Assembly: GCA_964016885.1 (NCBI GenBank)
Contig: OZ024743.1
Span: 378,758,001 to 378,822,000 of the forward strand
Reading direction: 5' to 3'
DNA from: Eledone cirrhosa
Taxonomy: Eukaryota
Length of the DNA stretch: 64,000 nt
Part shown: positions 27,001 to 42,000 of the stretch, one piece after another
Numbering within the stretch: position 1 is the first letter of the stretch
Layout of the letters: each line of letters begins with the position of its first letter
The notes under the pieces: generated by a model
What the model was told of the DNA's origin: nothing
Seen by the model: the letters and a program-made list of their open reading frames with translations, nothing else
The model's database searches: none
Translations under genes and position numbers: made by a program

Positions 27001-30000
27001 CCACCACTGCCCCAGTTTCTCCTACACTAGAGAGAGAGTTTTACACCCCACCACTACCCCAGTTTCTCCTACAATAGAGAGAGAGAGAGAGTTTTACACC
27101 CCACCGCTACCCCAGTTTCTCCTACACTAGAGAGAGAGTTTTGCACCCCACCACTACACCAGTTTCTCCTACACTAGAGAGAGAGTTTTACACCCCACCA
27201 CTACCCCAGTTTCTCCTACAATAGAGAGAGAGAGAGAGTTTTACACCCCACCGCTACCCCAGTTTCTCCTACACTAGAGAGTGTTTTGCACCCCACCACT
27301 ACCCCAGTTTCTCCTACGCTAGAGAGAGAGTTTTACACCCCACCACTACCCCAGTTTCTCCTACATCAGAGATAGAGAGAGAGTTTTACACCCCACCACT
27401 ACCCTAGTTTCTCCTACTCTAGAGAGAGAGAGAGTTTTGCACCCCACCACTACCCCAGTTTCTCCAACACTAGAGAGAGAGAGAGTTTTGCACCCCACCA
27501 CTACCCCAGTTTCTCCAACGCTAGAGAGAGAGAGAGTTTTGCACCCCACCACTACCCCAGTTTCTCCAACACTAGAGAGAGAGAGAGTTTTACACCCCAC
27601 CCCTACCCCAGTTTCTCCTACTCTAGAGAGAGAGAGAGAGTTTTACACCCCACCCCTACCCCAGTTTCTCCTACACTAGAGAGAGAGAGAGAGTTTTACA
27701 CCCCACCCCTACCCCAGTTTCTCCTACACTAGAGAGAGAGAGTTTTACACCCCTCCACTACCCCAGTTTCTCCTACACTTAAGAGAGAGAGAGAGAGTTT
27801 TACACCCCACCCCTACCCCAGTTTCTCCTACTCTAGAGAGAGAGAGAGAGTTTTACACCCCACCCCTACCTCAGTTTCTCCTACACTAGAGAGAGAGTTT
27901 TACACCCCACCCCTACCCCAGTTTCTCCTACACTAGAGAGATACTGTTTTACACCCCACCCCTACCCCAGTTTCTCCTACACTAGAGAGATCGTTTTACA
28001 CACCACCATTACCCCAGTTTCTCCTACACTAGAGAGAGAGAGATTTTTACACCCCACCACAACCCAGTTTCTCCTACACTAGAGAGAGAGAGAGTTTTAA
28101 ACCCCACCACTACCCCAGTTTCTCCTACACTAGAGAGAGAGGGCGTTTTACACCGCACCACTACCCCAGTTTCTCCTACACTAGAGAGAGAGAGAGTTTT
28201 ACACCGCACCACTACCCCAGTTTCTCCTACACTAGAGATAGAGAGAATTTTACACCCCACCTTTACCCCAGTTTCTCCTACACTAGAGAGAGAGAGAGTT
28301 TTACACCGCACCACTACCCAGTTTCTCCTACACTAGAGAGAGAGAGAGTTTTACACCCCACCACTACCCCAGTTTCTCCTACACTAGAGAGAGAGAGAGA
28401 GTTTTACACCCCACCCCTACCCCAGTTTCTCCTACACTAGAGAGAGAGAGAGAGTTTTACACCCCTCCACTACCCCAGTTTCTCCTACACTTAAGAGAGA
28501 GAGAGAGAGTTTTACACCCCACCCCTACCCCAGTTTCTCCTACTCTAGAGAGAGAGAGAGAGTTTTACACCCCACCCCTACCCCAGTTTCTCCTACACTA
28601 GAGAGAGAGAGTTTTACACCCCTCCACTACCCCAGTTTCTCCTACACTTAAGAGAGAGAGAGAGAGTTTTACACCCCACCCCTACCCCAGTTTGTCCTAC
28701 TCTAGAGAGAGAGAGAGAGAGTTTTACACCCCACCACTACCCCAGTTTCTCCTACACTAGAGAGAGAGAGACAGAGTTTTACACCCCACCACTACCCCAG
28801 TTTCTCGTACACTAGAGAGAGAGTTTTACACCCCACCCCTACCCCAGTTTCTCCTACACTAGAGAGAGAGAGAGACTGTTTTACACCCCACCCCTACCCC
28901 AGTTTCTCCTACACTAGAGAGAGAGTTTTACACCCCACCCCTACCCCAGTTTCTCCTACACTAGAGAGAGACTGTTTTACACCCCACCCCTACCCCAGTT
29001 TCTCCTACACTAGAGAGATCGTTTTACACCCCACCATTACCCCAGTTTCTCCTACACTAGAGAGAGAGAGATTTTTACACCCCACCACAACCCAGTTTCT
29101 CCTACACTAGAGAGAGAGAGAGTTTTAAACCCCACCACTACCCCAGTTTCTCCTACACTAGAGAGAGAGGTCGTTTTACACCGCACCACTACCCCAGTTT
29201 CTCCTACACTAGAGAGAGAGAGAGTTTTACACCGCACCACTACCCCAGTTTCTCCTACACTAGAGATAGAGAGAATTTTACACCCCACCTTTACCCCAGT
29301 TTCTCCTACACTAGAGAGAGAGAGAGTTTTACACCGCACCACTACCCCAGTTTCTCCTACACTAGAGAGAGAGAGAGTTTTACACCCCACCACTACCCCA
29401 GTTTCTCCTACAATAGAGAGAGAGAGAGAGTTTTACACCCCACCACTGCCCCAGTTTCTCCTACACTAGAGAGAGAGAGAGTTTTACACCTCCACCACTA
29501 CCCCATTTTCTCCTACACTAGAGAGAGAGAGAGTTTTACACCTCCACCACTACCCCATTTTCTCCTAAACTAGAGAGAGGTAGAGTTTTACACCCCACCA
29601 CTACCCCAGTTTCCCCTACACTAGAGAGAGAGAGAGTTTTACACCCCACCACTGCCCCAGTTTCTCCTACACTAGAGAGAGAGTTTTACACCCCACCACT
29701 ACCCCAGTTTCTCCTACAATAGAGAGAGAGAGAGAGTTTTACACCCCACCGCTACCCCAGTTTCTCCTACACTAGAGAGAGAGTTTTGCACCCCACCACT
29801 ACCCCAGTTTCTCCTACACTAGAGAGAGAGTTTTACACCCCACCACTACCCCAGTTTCTCCTACAATAGAGAGAGAGAGAGAGTTTTACACCCCACCGCT
29901 ACCCCAGTTTCTCCTACACTAGAGAGAGAGTTTTGCACCCCACCACTACCCCAGTTTCTCCTACACTAGAGAGAGAGTTTTACACCCCACCACTACCCCA

Positions 30001-33000
30001 GTTTCTCCTACACCAGAGATAGAGAGAGAGTTTTACACCCCACCACTACCCCAGTTTCTCCTATACTAGAGAGAGAGAGAGTTTTACACCCCACCACTAC
30101 CCCAGTTTCTCCTACAATAGAGAGAGAGAGAGAGTTTTACACCCCACCGCTACCCCAGTTTCTCCTACACTAGAGAGAGAGTTTTGCACCCCACCACTAC
30201 CCCAGTTTCTCCTACACTAGAGTGAGAGTTTTACACCCCACCCCTACCCCAGTTTCTCCTACACTAGAGAGAGAGTTTTACACCCCACCATTACTTCAGT
30301 TTCTCCTACACTAGAGAGAGAGTTTTACACCCCACCACTACCCCAGTTTCTCCTACACTAGAGAGAGAGTTTTGCACCCCACCACTACCCCAGTTTCTCC
30401 TACACTAGAGAGAGAGTTTTGCACCCCACCACTACCCCAGTTTCTCCTACACTAGAGAGAGAGTTTTGCACCCCACCACTACCCCAGTTTCTCCTACACT
30501 AGAGAGAGAGTTTTACACACCACCACTACCCCAGTTTCTCCTACAATAGAGAGAGAGAGATTTACACCCCACCACTACCCCAGTTTCTCCTACACTAGAG
30601 AGAGAGTTTTGCACCCCACCACTACCCCAGTTTCTCCTACACTAGAGAGAGAGTTTTACACCCCACCACTACCCCAGTTTCTCCTACACTAGAGAGAGAG
30701 TTTTACACCCCACCATTACCCCAGTTTCTCCTACACTAGGGAGAGAGAGAGTTTTACACCCCACCACTACCCCAGTTTCTCCTACACTAGAGAGAGAGAG
30801 AGAGTTTTACACACCACCACTATCCCAGTTTCTCCTACACTAGAGAGAGAGTTTTACACCCCACCATTACCCCAGTTTCTCCTACACTAGAGAGAGAGTT
30901 TTACACGCCACCACTACCCCAGTTTCTCCTACACTAGAGAGAGAGTTTTACACCCCACCATTACCCCAGTTTCTCCTACACTAGAGAGAGAGTTTTACAC
31001 CCCACCACTACCCCAGATTCTCCTGCGCCAGAGATAGAGAGAGTGTTTTACACCCCACCACTACCCCAGTTTCTCCAACACTAGAGAGAGAGAGAGTTTT
31101 GCACCCCACCACTACCCCAGTTTCTCCAACACTAGAGAGAGAGAGTGTTTTACACCCCACCACTACCCCAGTTTCTCCAACACTAGAGAGAGAGAGTTTT
31201 GCACCCCACCACTACCCCAGTTTCTCCAACACCAGAGAGAGAGAGAGTTTTACACCCACCACTACCCCAGTTTCTCCAACACTAGAGAGAGAGAGAGTTT
31301 TACACCCCTCCACTACCCCAGTTTCTCCTACACTTAAGAGAGAGAGAGAGAGTTTGACACCCCACCCCTACCCCAGTTTCTCCTACTCTAGAGAGAGAGA
31401 GAGAGTTTTACACCCCACCCCTACCCCAGTTTCTCCTACACTAGAGAGAGAGAGAGAGTTTTACACCCCACCCCTACCCCAGTTTCTCCTACACTAGAGA
31501 GAGTGAGTTTTACACCCCTCCACTACCTCAGTTTCTCCTACACTTAAGAGAGAGAGAGTTTTACACCCCACCCGTACCCCAGTTTGTCCTACTCTAGAGA
31601 GAGAGAGAGAGTTTTACACCCCACCCCTACCCCAGTTTCTCCTACACTAGAGAGAGAGAGACAGAGTTTTACACCCCTCCACTACCCCAGTTTCTCCTAC
31701 ACTAGAGAGAGAGTTTTACACCCCACCCCTACCCCAGTTTCTCCTACACTAGAGAGAGAGAGAGACTGTTTTACAGCCCACCCCTACCCCAGTTTCTCCT
31801 ACACTAGAGAGAGAGTTTTACACCCCACCCCTACCCCAGTTTCTCCTACACTAGAGAGATCGTTTTACACCCCACCATTACCCCAGTTTCTCCTACACTA
31901 GAGAGAGAGAGATTTTTACACCCCACCACAACCCAGTTTCTCCTAAACTAGAGAGAGAGAGAGTTTTAAACCCCACCACTACCCGAGTTTCTCCTACACT
32001 AGATAGAGAGGGCGTTTTACACCGCACCACTACCCCAGTTTCTCCTACACTAGAGAGAGAGAGAGTTTTACACCGCACCACTACCCCAGTTTCCCCTACA
32101 CTAGAGATAGAGAGAATTTTACACCCCACCTTTACCCCAGTTTCTCCCACACCAGAGAGAGAGAGAGTTTTACACCGCACCACTACCCCAGTTTCTTCTA
32201 CACTAGAGAGAGAGAGAGTTTTACACCCCACCACTACCCCAGTTTCTCCTACAATAGAGAGAGAGAGAGAGTTTTACACCCCACCACTGCCCCAGTTTCT
32301 CCTACACTAGAGAGAGAGAGAGTTTTACACCTCCACCACTACCCCATTTTCTCCTACACTAGAGAGAGAGAGAGTTTTACACCTCCACCACTACCCCATT
32401 TTCTCCTAAACTAGAGAGAGATAGAGTTTTACACCCCACCACTACCCCAGTTTCCCCTACACTAGAGAGAGAGAGAGTTTTACACCCCACCACTACCCCA
32501 GTTTCTCCTATAATAGAGAGAGAGAGAGAGTTTTACACCCCACCACTGCCCCAGTTTCTCCTACACTAGAGAGAGAGTTTTACACCCCACCACTACCCCA
32601 GTTTCTCCTACAATAGAGAGAGAGAGAGAGTTTTACACCCCACCGCTACCCCAGTTTCTCCTACACTAGAGAGAGAGTTTTGCACCCCACCACTACACCA
32701 GTTTCTCCTACACTAGAGAGAGAGTTTTACACCCCACCACTACCCCAGTTTCTCCTACAATAGAGAGAGAGAGAGAGTTTTACACCCCACCGCTACCCCA
32801 GTTTCTCCTACACTAGAGAGTGTTTTGCACCCCACCACTACCCCAGTTTCTCCTACGCTAGAGAGAGAGTTTTACACCCCACCACTACCCCAGTTTCTCC
32901 TACATCAGAGATAGAGAGAGAGTTTTACACCCCACCACTACCCCAGTTTCTCCTACTCTAGAGAGAGAGAGAGTTTTGCACCCCACCACTACCCCAGTTT

Positions 33001-36000
33001 CTCCAACACTAGAGAGAGAGAGAGTTTTGCACCCCACCACTACCCCAGTTTCTCCAACGCTAGAGAGAGAGAGAGTTTTGCACCCCACCACTACCCCAGT
33101 TTCTCCAACACTAGAGAGAGAGAGAGTTTTACACCCCACCCCTACCCCAGTTTCTCCTACTCTAGAGAGAGAGAGAGAGTTTTACACCCCACCCCTACCC
33201 CAGTTTCTCCTACACTAGAGAGAGAGAGAGAGTTTTACACCCCACCCCTACCCCAGTTTCTCCTACACTAGAGAGAGAGAGTTTTACACCCCTCCACTAC
33301 CCCAGTTTCTCCTACACTTAAGAGAGAGAGAGAGAGTTTTACACCCCACCCCTACCCCAGTTTCTCCTACTCTAGAGAGAGAGAGAGAGTTTTACACCCC
33401 ACCCCTACCTCAGTTTCTCCTACACTAGAGAGAGAGTTTTACACCCCACCCCTACCCCAGTTTCTCCTACACTAGAGAGATACTGTTTTACACCCCACCC
33501 CTACCCCAGTTTCTCCTACACTAGAGAGATCGTTTTACACACCACCATTACCCCAGTTTCTCCTACACTAGAGAGAGAGAGATTTTTACACCCCACCACA
33601 ACCCAGTTTCTCCTACACTAGAGAGAGAGAGAGTTTTAAACCCCACCACTACCCCAGTTTCTCCTACACTAGAGAGAGAGGGCGTTTTACACCGCACCAC
33701 TACCCCAGTTTCTCCTACACTAGAGAGAGAGAGAGTTTTACACCGCACCACTACCCCAGTTTCTCCTACACTAGAGATAGAGAGAATTTTACACCCCACC
33801 TTTACCCCAGTTTCTCCTACACTAGAGAGAGAGAGAGTTTTACACCGCACCACTACCCAGTTTCTCCTACACTAGAGAGAGAGAGAGTTTTACACCCCAC
33901 CACTACCCCAGTTTCTCCTACACTAGAGAGAGAGAGAGAGTTTTACACCCCACCCCTACCCCAGTTTCTCCTACACTAGAGAGAGAGAGAGAGTTTTACA
34001 CCCCTCCACTACCCCAGTTTCTCCTACACTTAAGAGAGAGAGAGAGAGTTTTACACCCCACCCCTACCCCAGTTTCTCCTACTCTAGAGAGAGAGAGAGA
34101 GTTTTACACCCCACCCCTACCCCAGTTTCTCCTACACTAGAGAGAGAGAGTTTTACACCCCTCCACTACCCCAGTTTCTCCTACACTTAAGAGAGAGAGA
34201 GAGAGTTTTACACCCCACCCCTACCCCAGTTTGTCCTACTCTAGAGAGAGAGAGAGAGAGTTTTACACCCCACCACTACCCCAGTTTCTCCTACACTAGA
34301 GAGAGAGAGACAGAGTTTTACACCCCACCACTACCCCAGTTTCTCCTACACTAGAGAGAGAGTTTTACACCCCACCCCTACCCCAGTTTCTCCTACACTA
34401 GAGAGAGAGAGAGACTGTTTTACACCCCACCCCTACCTCAGTTTCTCCTACACTAGAGAGAGAGTTTTACACCCCACCCCTACCCCAGTTTCTCCTACAC
34501 TAGAGAGAGACTGTTTTACACCCCACCCCTACCCCAGTTTCTCCTACACTAGAGAGATCGTTTTACACCCCACCATTACCCCAGTTTCTCCTACACTAGA
34601 GAGAGAGAGATTTTTACACCCCACCACAACCCAGTTTCTCCTACACTAGAGAGAGAGAGAGTTTTAAACCCCACCACTACCCCAGTTTCTCCTACACTAG
34701 AGAGAGAGGGCGTTTTACACCGCACCACTACCCCAGTTTCTCCTACACTAGAGAGAGAGAGAGTTTTACACCGCACCACTACCCCAGTTTCTCCTACACT
34801 AGAGATAGAGAGAACTTTACACCCCACCTTTACCCCAGTTTCTCCTACACTAGAGAGAGAGAGAGTTTTACACCGCACCACTACCCCAGTTTCTCCTACA
34901 CTAGAGAGAGAGAGAGTTTTACACCCCACCACTACCCCAGTTTCTCCTACAATAGAGAGAGAGAGAGAGTTTTACACCCCACCACTGCCCCAGTTTCTCC
35001 TACACTAGAGAGAGAGAGAGTTTTACACGTCCACCACTACCCCATTTTCTCCTACACTAGAGAGAGAGAGAGTTTTACACCTCCACCACTACCCCATTTT
35101 CTCCTAAACTAGAGAGAGATAGAGTTTTACACCCCACCACTACCCCAGTTTCCCCTACACTAGAGAGAGAGAGAGTTTTACACCCCACCACTACCCCAGT
35201 TTCTCCTATAATAGAGAGAGAGAGAGAGTTTTACACCCCACCACTGCCCCAGTTTCTCCTACACTAGAGAGAGAGTTTTACACCCCACCACTACCCCAGT
35301 TTCTCCTACAATAGAGAGAGAGAGAGAGAGAGTTTTACACCCCACCGCTACCCCAGTTTCTCCTACACTAGAGAGAGAGTTTTGCACCCCACCACTACCC
35401 CAGTTTCTCCTACACTAGAGAGAGAGTTTTACACCCCACCACTACCCCAGTTTCTCCTACACCAGAGATAGAGAGAGAGTTTTACACCCCACCACTACCC
35501 CAGTTTCTCCTATACTAGAGAGAGAGAGAGTTTTACACCCCACCACTACCCCAGTTTCTCCTACAATAGAGAGAGAGAGAGAGTTTTACACCCCACCGCT
35601 ACCCCAGTTTCTCCTACACTAGAGAGAGAGTTTTATACCCCACCATTACCTCAGTTTCTCCTACACTAGAGAGAGAGTTTTACACCCCACCACTACCTCA
35701 GTTTCTCCTACACTAGAGAGAGAGTTTTGCACCCCACCACTACCCCAGTTTCTCCTACACTAGAGAGAGAGTTTTGCACCCCACCACTACCCCAGTTTCT
35801 CCTACACTAGAGAGAGAGTTTTGCACCCCACCACTACCCCAGTTTCTCCTACACTAGAGAGAGAGTTTTACACACCACCACTACCCCAGTTTCTCCTACA
35901 ATAGAGAGAGAGAGAGAGTTTTACACCCCACCACTACCCCAGTTTCTCCTACACTAGAGAGAGAGTTTTGCACCCCACCACTACCCCAGTTTCTCCTACA

Positions 36001-39000
36001 CGAGAGAGAGAGTTTTACACCCCACCATTACCCCAGTTTCTCCTACACTAGGGAGAGAGAGAGTTTTACACCCCACCACTACCCCAGTTTCTCCTACACT
36101 AGAGAGAGAGAGAGAGTTTTACACACCACCACTACCGCAGTTTCTCCTACACTAGAGAGAGAGTTTTACACCCCACGATTACCCCAGTTTCTCCTACACT
36201 AGAGAGAGTGTTTTACACGCCACCACTACCCCAGTTTCTCCTACACTAGAGAGAGAGTTTTACACCCCACCATTACCCCAGTTTCTCCTACACTAGAGAG
36301 AGAGTTTTACACCCCACCACTACCCCAGATTATCCTGCACCAGAGATAGAGAGAGTGTTTTACACCCCACCACTACCCCAGTTTCTCCAACACTAGAGAG
36401 AGAGAGAGTTTTGCACCCCACCACTACCCCAGTTTCTCCAACACTAGAGAGAGAGTTTTGCACCCCACCACTACCCCAGTTTCTCCAACACTAGAGAGAG
36501 AGAGAGTTTTACACCCCTCCACTACCACAGTTTCTCCTACACTTAAGAGAGAGAGAGAGAGAGTTTGACACCCCACCCCTACCCCAGTTTCTCCTACTCT
36601 AGAGAGAGAGAGAGAGAGTTTTACACCCCACCCCTACCCCAGTTTCTCCTACACTAGAGAGAGAGAGAGAGTTTTACACCCCACCCCTACCCCAGTTTCT
36701 CCTACACTAGAGAGAGAGAGTTTTACACCCCTCCACTACCTCAGTTTCTCCTACACTTAAGAGAGAGAGAGAGAGTTTTACACCCCACCCGTACCCCAGT
36801 TTGTCCTACTCTAGAGAGAGAGAGAGAGAGTTTTACACCCCACCCCTACTCCAGTTTCTCCTACACTAGAGAGAGAGAGATAGAGTTTTACACCCCACCA
36901 CTACCCCAGTTTCTCCTACACTAGAGAGAGAGTTTTACACCCCACCCCTACCCCAGTTTCTCCTACACTAGAGAGAGAGAGAGACTGTTTTACACCCCAC
37001 CCCTACCCCAGTTTCTCCTACACTAGAGAGAGAGTTTTACACCCCACCCCTACCCCAGTTTCTCCTACACTAGAGAGATCGTTTTACACCCCACCATTAC
37101 CCCAGTTTCTCCTACACTAGAGAGAGAGAGATTTTTACACCCCACCACAACCCAGTTTCTCCTACACTAGAGAGAGAGAGAGTTTTAAACCCCACCACTA
37201 CCCGAGTTTCTCCTACACTAGAGAGAGAGGGCGTTTTACACCGCACCACTACCCCAGTTTCTCCTACACTAGAGAGAGAGAGAGTTTTACACCGCACCAC
37301 TACCCCAGTTTCCCCTACACTAGAGATAGAGAGAATTTTACACCCCACCTTTACCCCAGTTTCTCCTACACCAGAGAGAGAGAGAGTTTTACACCGCACC
37401 ACTACCCCAGTTTCTCCTACACTAGAGAGAGAGAGAGTTTTACACCCCACGACTACCCCAGTTTCTCCTACACTAGAGAGAGAGAGAGTTTTACACCTCC
37501 ACCACAACCCCATTTTCTCCTACACTAGAGAGAGAGAGAGTTTTACACCTCCACCACTACCCCATTTTCTCCTAAACTAGAGAGAGATAGAGTTTTACAC
37601 CCCACCACTACCCCAGTTTCCCCTACACTAGAGAGAGAGAGAGTTTTACACCCCACCACTACCCCAGTTTCTCCTATAATAGAGAGAGAGAGAGAGTTTT
37701 ACACCCCACCACTGCCCCAGTTTCTCCTACACTAGAGAGAGAGTTTTACACCCCACCACTACCCCAGTTTCTCCTACAATAGAGAGAGAGAGAGAGTTTT
37801 ACACCCCACCGCTACCCCAGTTTCTCCTACACTAGAGAGAGAGTTTTGCACCCCACCACTACACCAGTTTCTCCTACACTAGAGAGAGAGTTTTACACCC
37901 CACCACTACCCCAGTTTCTCCTACAATAGAGAGAGAGAGAGAGTTTTACACCCCACCGCTACCCCAGTTTCTCCTACACTAGAGAGAGAGTTTTGCACCC
38001 CACCACTACCCCAGTTTCTCCTACACTAGAGAGAGAGTTTTACACCCCACCACTACCCCAGTTTCTCCTACACCAGAGATAGAGAGCGAGTTTTACACCC
38101 CACCACTACCCCAGTTTCTCCTACTCTAGAGAGAGAGAGAGTTTTGCACCCCGCCACTACCCCAGTTTCTCCAACACTAGAGAGAGAGAGTGTTTTACAC
38201 CCCACCACTACCCCAGTTTCTCCAACACTAGAGAGAGAGAGAGTTTTGCACCCCACCCCTACCCCAGTTTCTCCAACACTAGAGAGAGAGAGAGTTTTGC
38301 ACCCCACCACTACCCCAGTTTCTCCAACACTAGAGAGAGAGAGAGTTTTACACCCCACCCCTACCCCAGTTTCTCCTACTCTAGAGAGAGAGAGAGAGTT
38401 TTACACCCCACCCCTACCCCAGTTTCTCCTACACTAGAGAGAGAGAGAGAGTTTTACACCCCACCCCTACCCCAGTTTCTCCTACACTAGAGAGAGAGAG
38501 AGTTTTACACCCCTCCACTACCCCAGTTTCTCCTACACTTAAGAGAGAGAGAGAGAGTTTTACACCCCACCCCTACCCCAGTTTCTCCTACTCTAGAGAG
38601 AGAGAGAGAGTTTTACACCCCACCCCTACCTCAGTTTCTCCTACACTAGAGAGAGAGTTTTACACCCCACCCCTACCCCAGTTTCTCCTACACTAGAGAG
38701 ATACTGTTTTACACCCCACCCCTACCCCAGTTTCTCCTACACTAGAGAGAGAGAGAGTTTTGCACCCCACCACTACCCCAGTTTCTCCTACACTTAAGAG
38801 AGAGAGAGAGAGTTTTACACCCCACCCCTACCCCAGTTTCTCCTACTCTAGAGAGAGAGAGAGAGTTTTACACCCCACCCCTACCTCAGTTTCTCCTACA
38901 CTAGAGAGAGAGTTTTACACCCCACCCCTACCCCAGTTTCTACACTAGAGAGATACTGTTTTACACCCCACCCCTACCCCAGTTTCTCCTACACTAGAGA

Positions 39001-42000
39001 GATCGTTTTACACCCCACCATTACCCCAGTTTCTCCTACACTAGAGAGAGAGAGATTTTTACACCCCACCACAACCCAGTTTCTCCTACACTAGAGAGAG
39101 AGAGAGTTTTAAACCCCACCACTACCCCAGTTTCTCCTACACTAGAGAGAGAGGGCGTTTTACACCGCACCACTACCCCAGTTTCTCCTACACTAGAGAG
39201 AGAGAGAGTTTTACACCGCACCACTAACCCAGTTTCTCCAACACTAGAGATAGAGAGAATTTTACACCCCACCTTTACCCCAGTTTCTCCTACACTAGAG
39301 AGAGAGAGAGTTTTACACCGCACCACTACCCAGTTTCTCCTACACTAGAGAGAGAGAGAGTTTTACACCCCACCACTACCCCAGTTTCTCCTACACTAGA
39401 GAGAGAGAGAGAGTTTTACACCCCACCCCTACCCCAGTTTCTCCTACACTAGAGAGAGAGAGAGAGTTTTACACCCCTCCACTACCCCAGTTTCTCCTAC
39501 ACTTAAGAGAGAGAGAGAGAGTTTTACACCCCACCCCTACCCCAGTTTCTCCTACTCTAGAGAGAGAGAGAGAGTTTTACACCCCACCCCTACCCCAGTT
39601 TCTCCTACACTAGAGAGAGAGAGAGAGTTTTACACCCCACCCCTACCCCAGTTTCTCCTACACTAGAGAGAGAGAGTTTTACACCCCTCCACTACCCCAG
39701 TTTCTCCTACACTTAAGAGAGAGAGAGAGAGTTTTACACCCCACCCCTACCCCAGTTTGTCCTACTCTAGAGAGAGAGAGAGAGTTTTACACCCCACCCC
39801 TACCCCAGTTTCTCCTACACTAGAGAGAGAGAGACAGAGTTTTACACCCCACCACTACCCCAGTTTCTCCTACACTAGAGAGAGAGATTTACACCCCACC
39901 CCTACCCCAGTTTCTCCTACACTAGAGAGAGAGAGAGACTGTTTTACACCCCACCCCTACCCCAGTTTCTCCTACACTAGAGAGAGAGTTTTACACCCCA
40001 CCCCTACCCCAGTTTCTCCTACACTAGAGAGAGACTGTTTTACACCCCACCCCTACCCCAGTTTCTCCTACACTAGAGAGAGAGTTTTGCACCCCACCAT
40101 TACCCCAGTTTCTCCTACACTAGAGAGAGAGAGATTTTTACACCCCACCACAACCCAGTTTCTCCTACACTAGAGAGAGAGAGAGTTTTAAACCCCACCA
40201 CTACCCCAGTTTCTCCTACACTAGAGAGAGAGGGCGTTTTACACCGCACCACTACCCCAGTTTCTCCTACACTAGAGAGAGAGAGAGTTTTACACCGCAC
40301 CACTACCCCAGTTTCTCCTACACTATAGATAGAGAGAATTTTACACCCCACCTTTACCCCAGTTTCTCCTACACTAGAGAGAGAGAGAGTTTTACACCGC
40401 ACCACTACCCCAGTTTCTCCTACACTAGAGAGAGAGAGAGTTTTACACCCCACCACTACACCAGTTTCTCCTACAATAGAGAGAGAGAGAGAGTTTTACA
40501 CCCCACCACTGCCCCAGTTTCTCCTACACTAGAGAGAGAGAGAGTTTTACACCTCCACCACTACCCCATTTTCTCCTACACTAGAGAGAGAGAGAGTTTT
40601 ACACCTCCACCACTACCCCATTTTCTCCTAAACTAGAGAGAGATAGAGTTTTACACCCCACCACTACCCCAGTTTCCCCTACACTAGAGAGAGAGAGAGT
40701 TTTACACCCCACCACTACCCCAGTTTCTCCTATAATAGAGAGAGAGAGAGAGTTTTACACCCCACCACTGCCCCAGTTTCTCCTACACTAGAGAGAGAGT
40801 TTTACACCCCACCACTACCCCAGTTTCTCCTACAATAGAGAGAGAGAGAGAGTTTTACACCCCACCGCTACCCCAGTTTCTCCTACACTAGAGAGAGAGT
40901 TTTGCACCGCACCACTACACCAGTTTCTCCTACACTAGAGAGAGAGTTTTACACCCCACCACTACCCCAGTTTCTCCTACAATAGAGAGAGAGAGAGAGT
41001 TTTACACCCCACCGCTACCCCAGTTTCTCCTACACTAGAGAGAGAGTTTTGCACCCCACCACTACCCCAGTTTCTCCTACACTAGAGAGAGAGTTTTACA
41101 CCCCACCACTACCCCAGTTTCTCCTACACCAGAGATAGAGAGAGAGTTTTACACCCCACCACTACCCCAGTTTCTCCTACACTAGAGAGAGAGAGAGTTT
41201 TACACCCCACCACTACCCCAGTTTCTCCTACAATAGAGAGAGAGAGAGAGTTTTACACCCCACCGCTACCCCAGTTTCTCCTACACTAGAGAGAGAGTTT
41301 TGCACCCCACCACTACCCCAGTTTCTCCTACACTAGAGAGAGAGTTTTACACCCCACCACTACCCCAGTTTCTCCTACACTAGAGAGAGAGTTTTACACC
41401 CCACCATTACCCCAGTTTCTCCTACACTAGAGAGAGAGTTTTACACCCCACCACTACCCCAGTTTCTCCTACACTAGAGAGAGAGTTTTGCACCCCACCA
41501 CTACCCCAGTTTCTCCTACACTAGAGAGAGAGTTTTGCACCCCACCACTACCCCAGTTTCTCCTACACTAGAGAGAGAGTTTTGCACCCCACCACTACCC
41601 CAGTTTCTCCTACACTAGAGAGAGAGTTTTACACCCCACCACTACACCAGTTTCTCCTACAATAGAGAGAGAGAGAGAGTTTTACACCCCACCACTACCC
41701 CAGTTTCTCCTACACTAGAGAGAGAGTTTTGCACCCCACCACTACCCCAGTTTCTCCTACACTAGAGAGAGAGTTTTACACCCCACCACTACCCCAGTTT
41801 CTCCTACACTAGAGAGAGAGTTTTACACCCCACCATTACCCCAGTTTCTCCTACACTAGAGAGAGAGAGAGTTTTACACCCCACCACTACCCCAGTTTCT
41901 CCTACACTAGAGAGAGAGAGAGAGTTTTACACCCCACCACTACCCCAGTTTCTCCTACACTAGAGAGAGAGTTTTACACCCCACCATTACCCCTGTTTCT

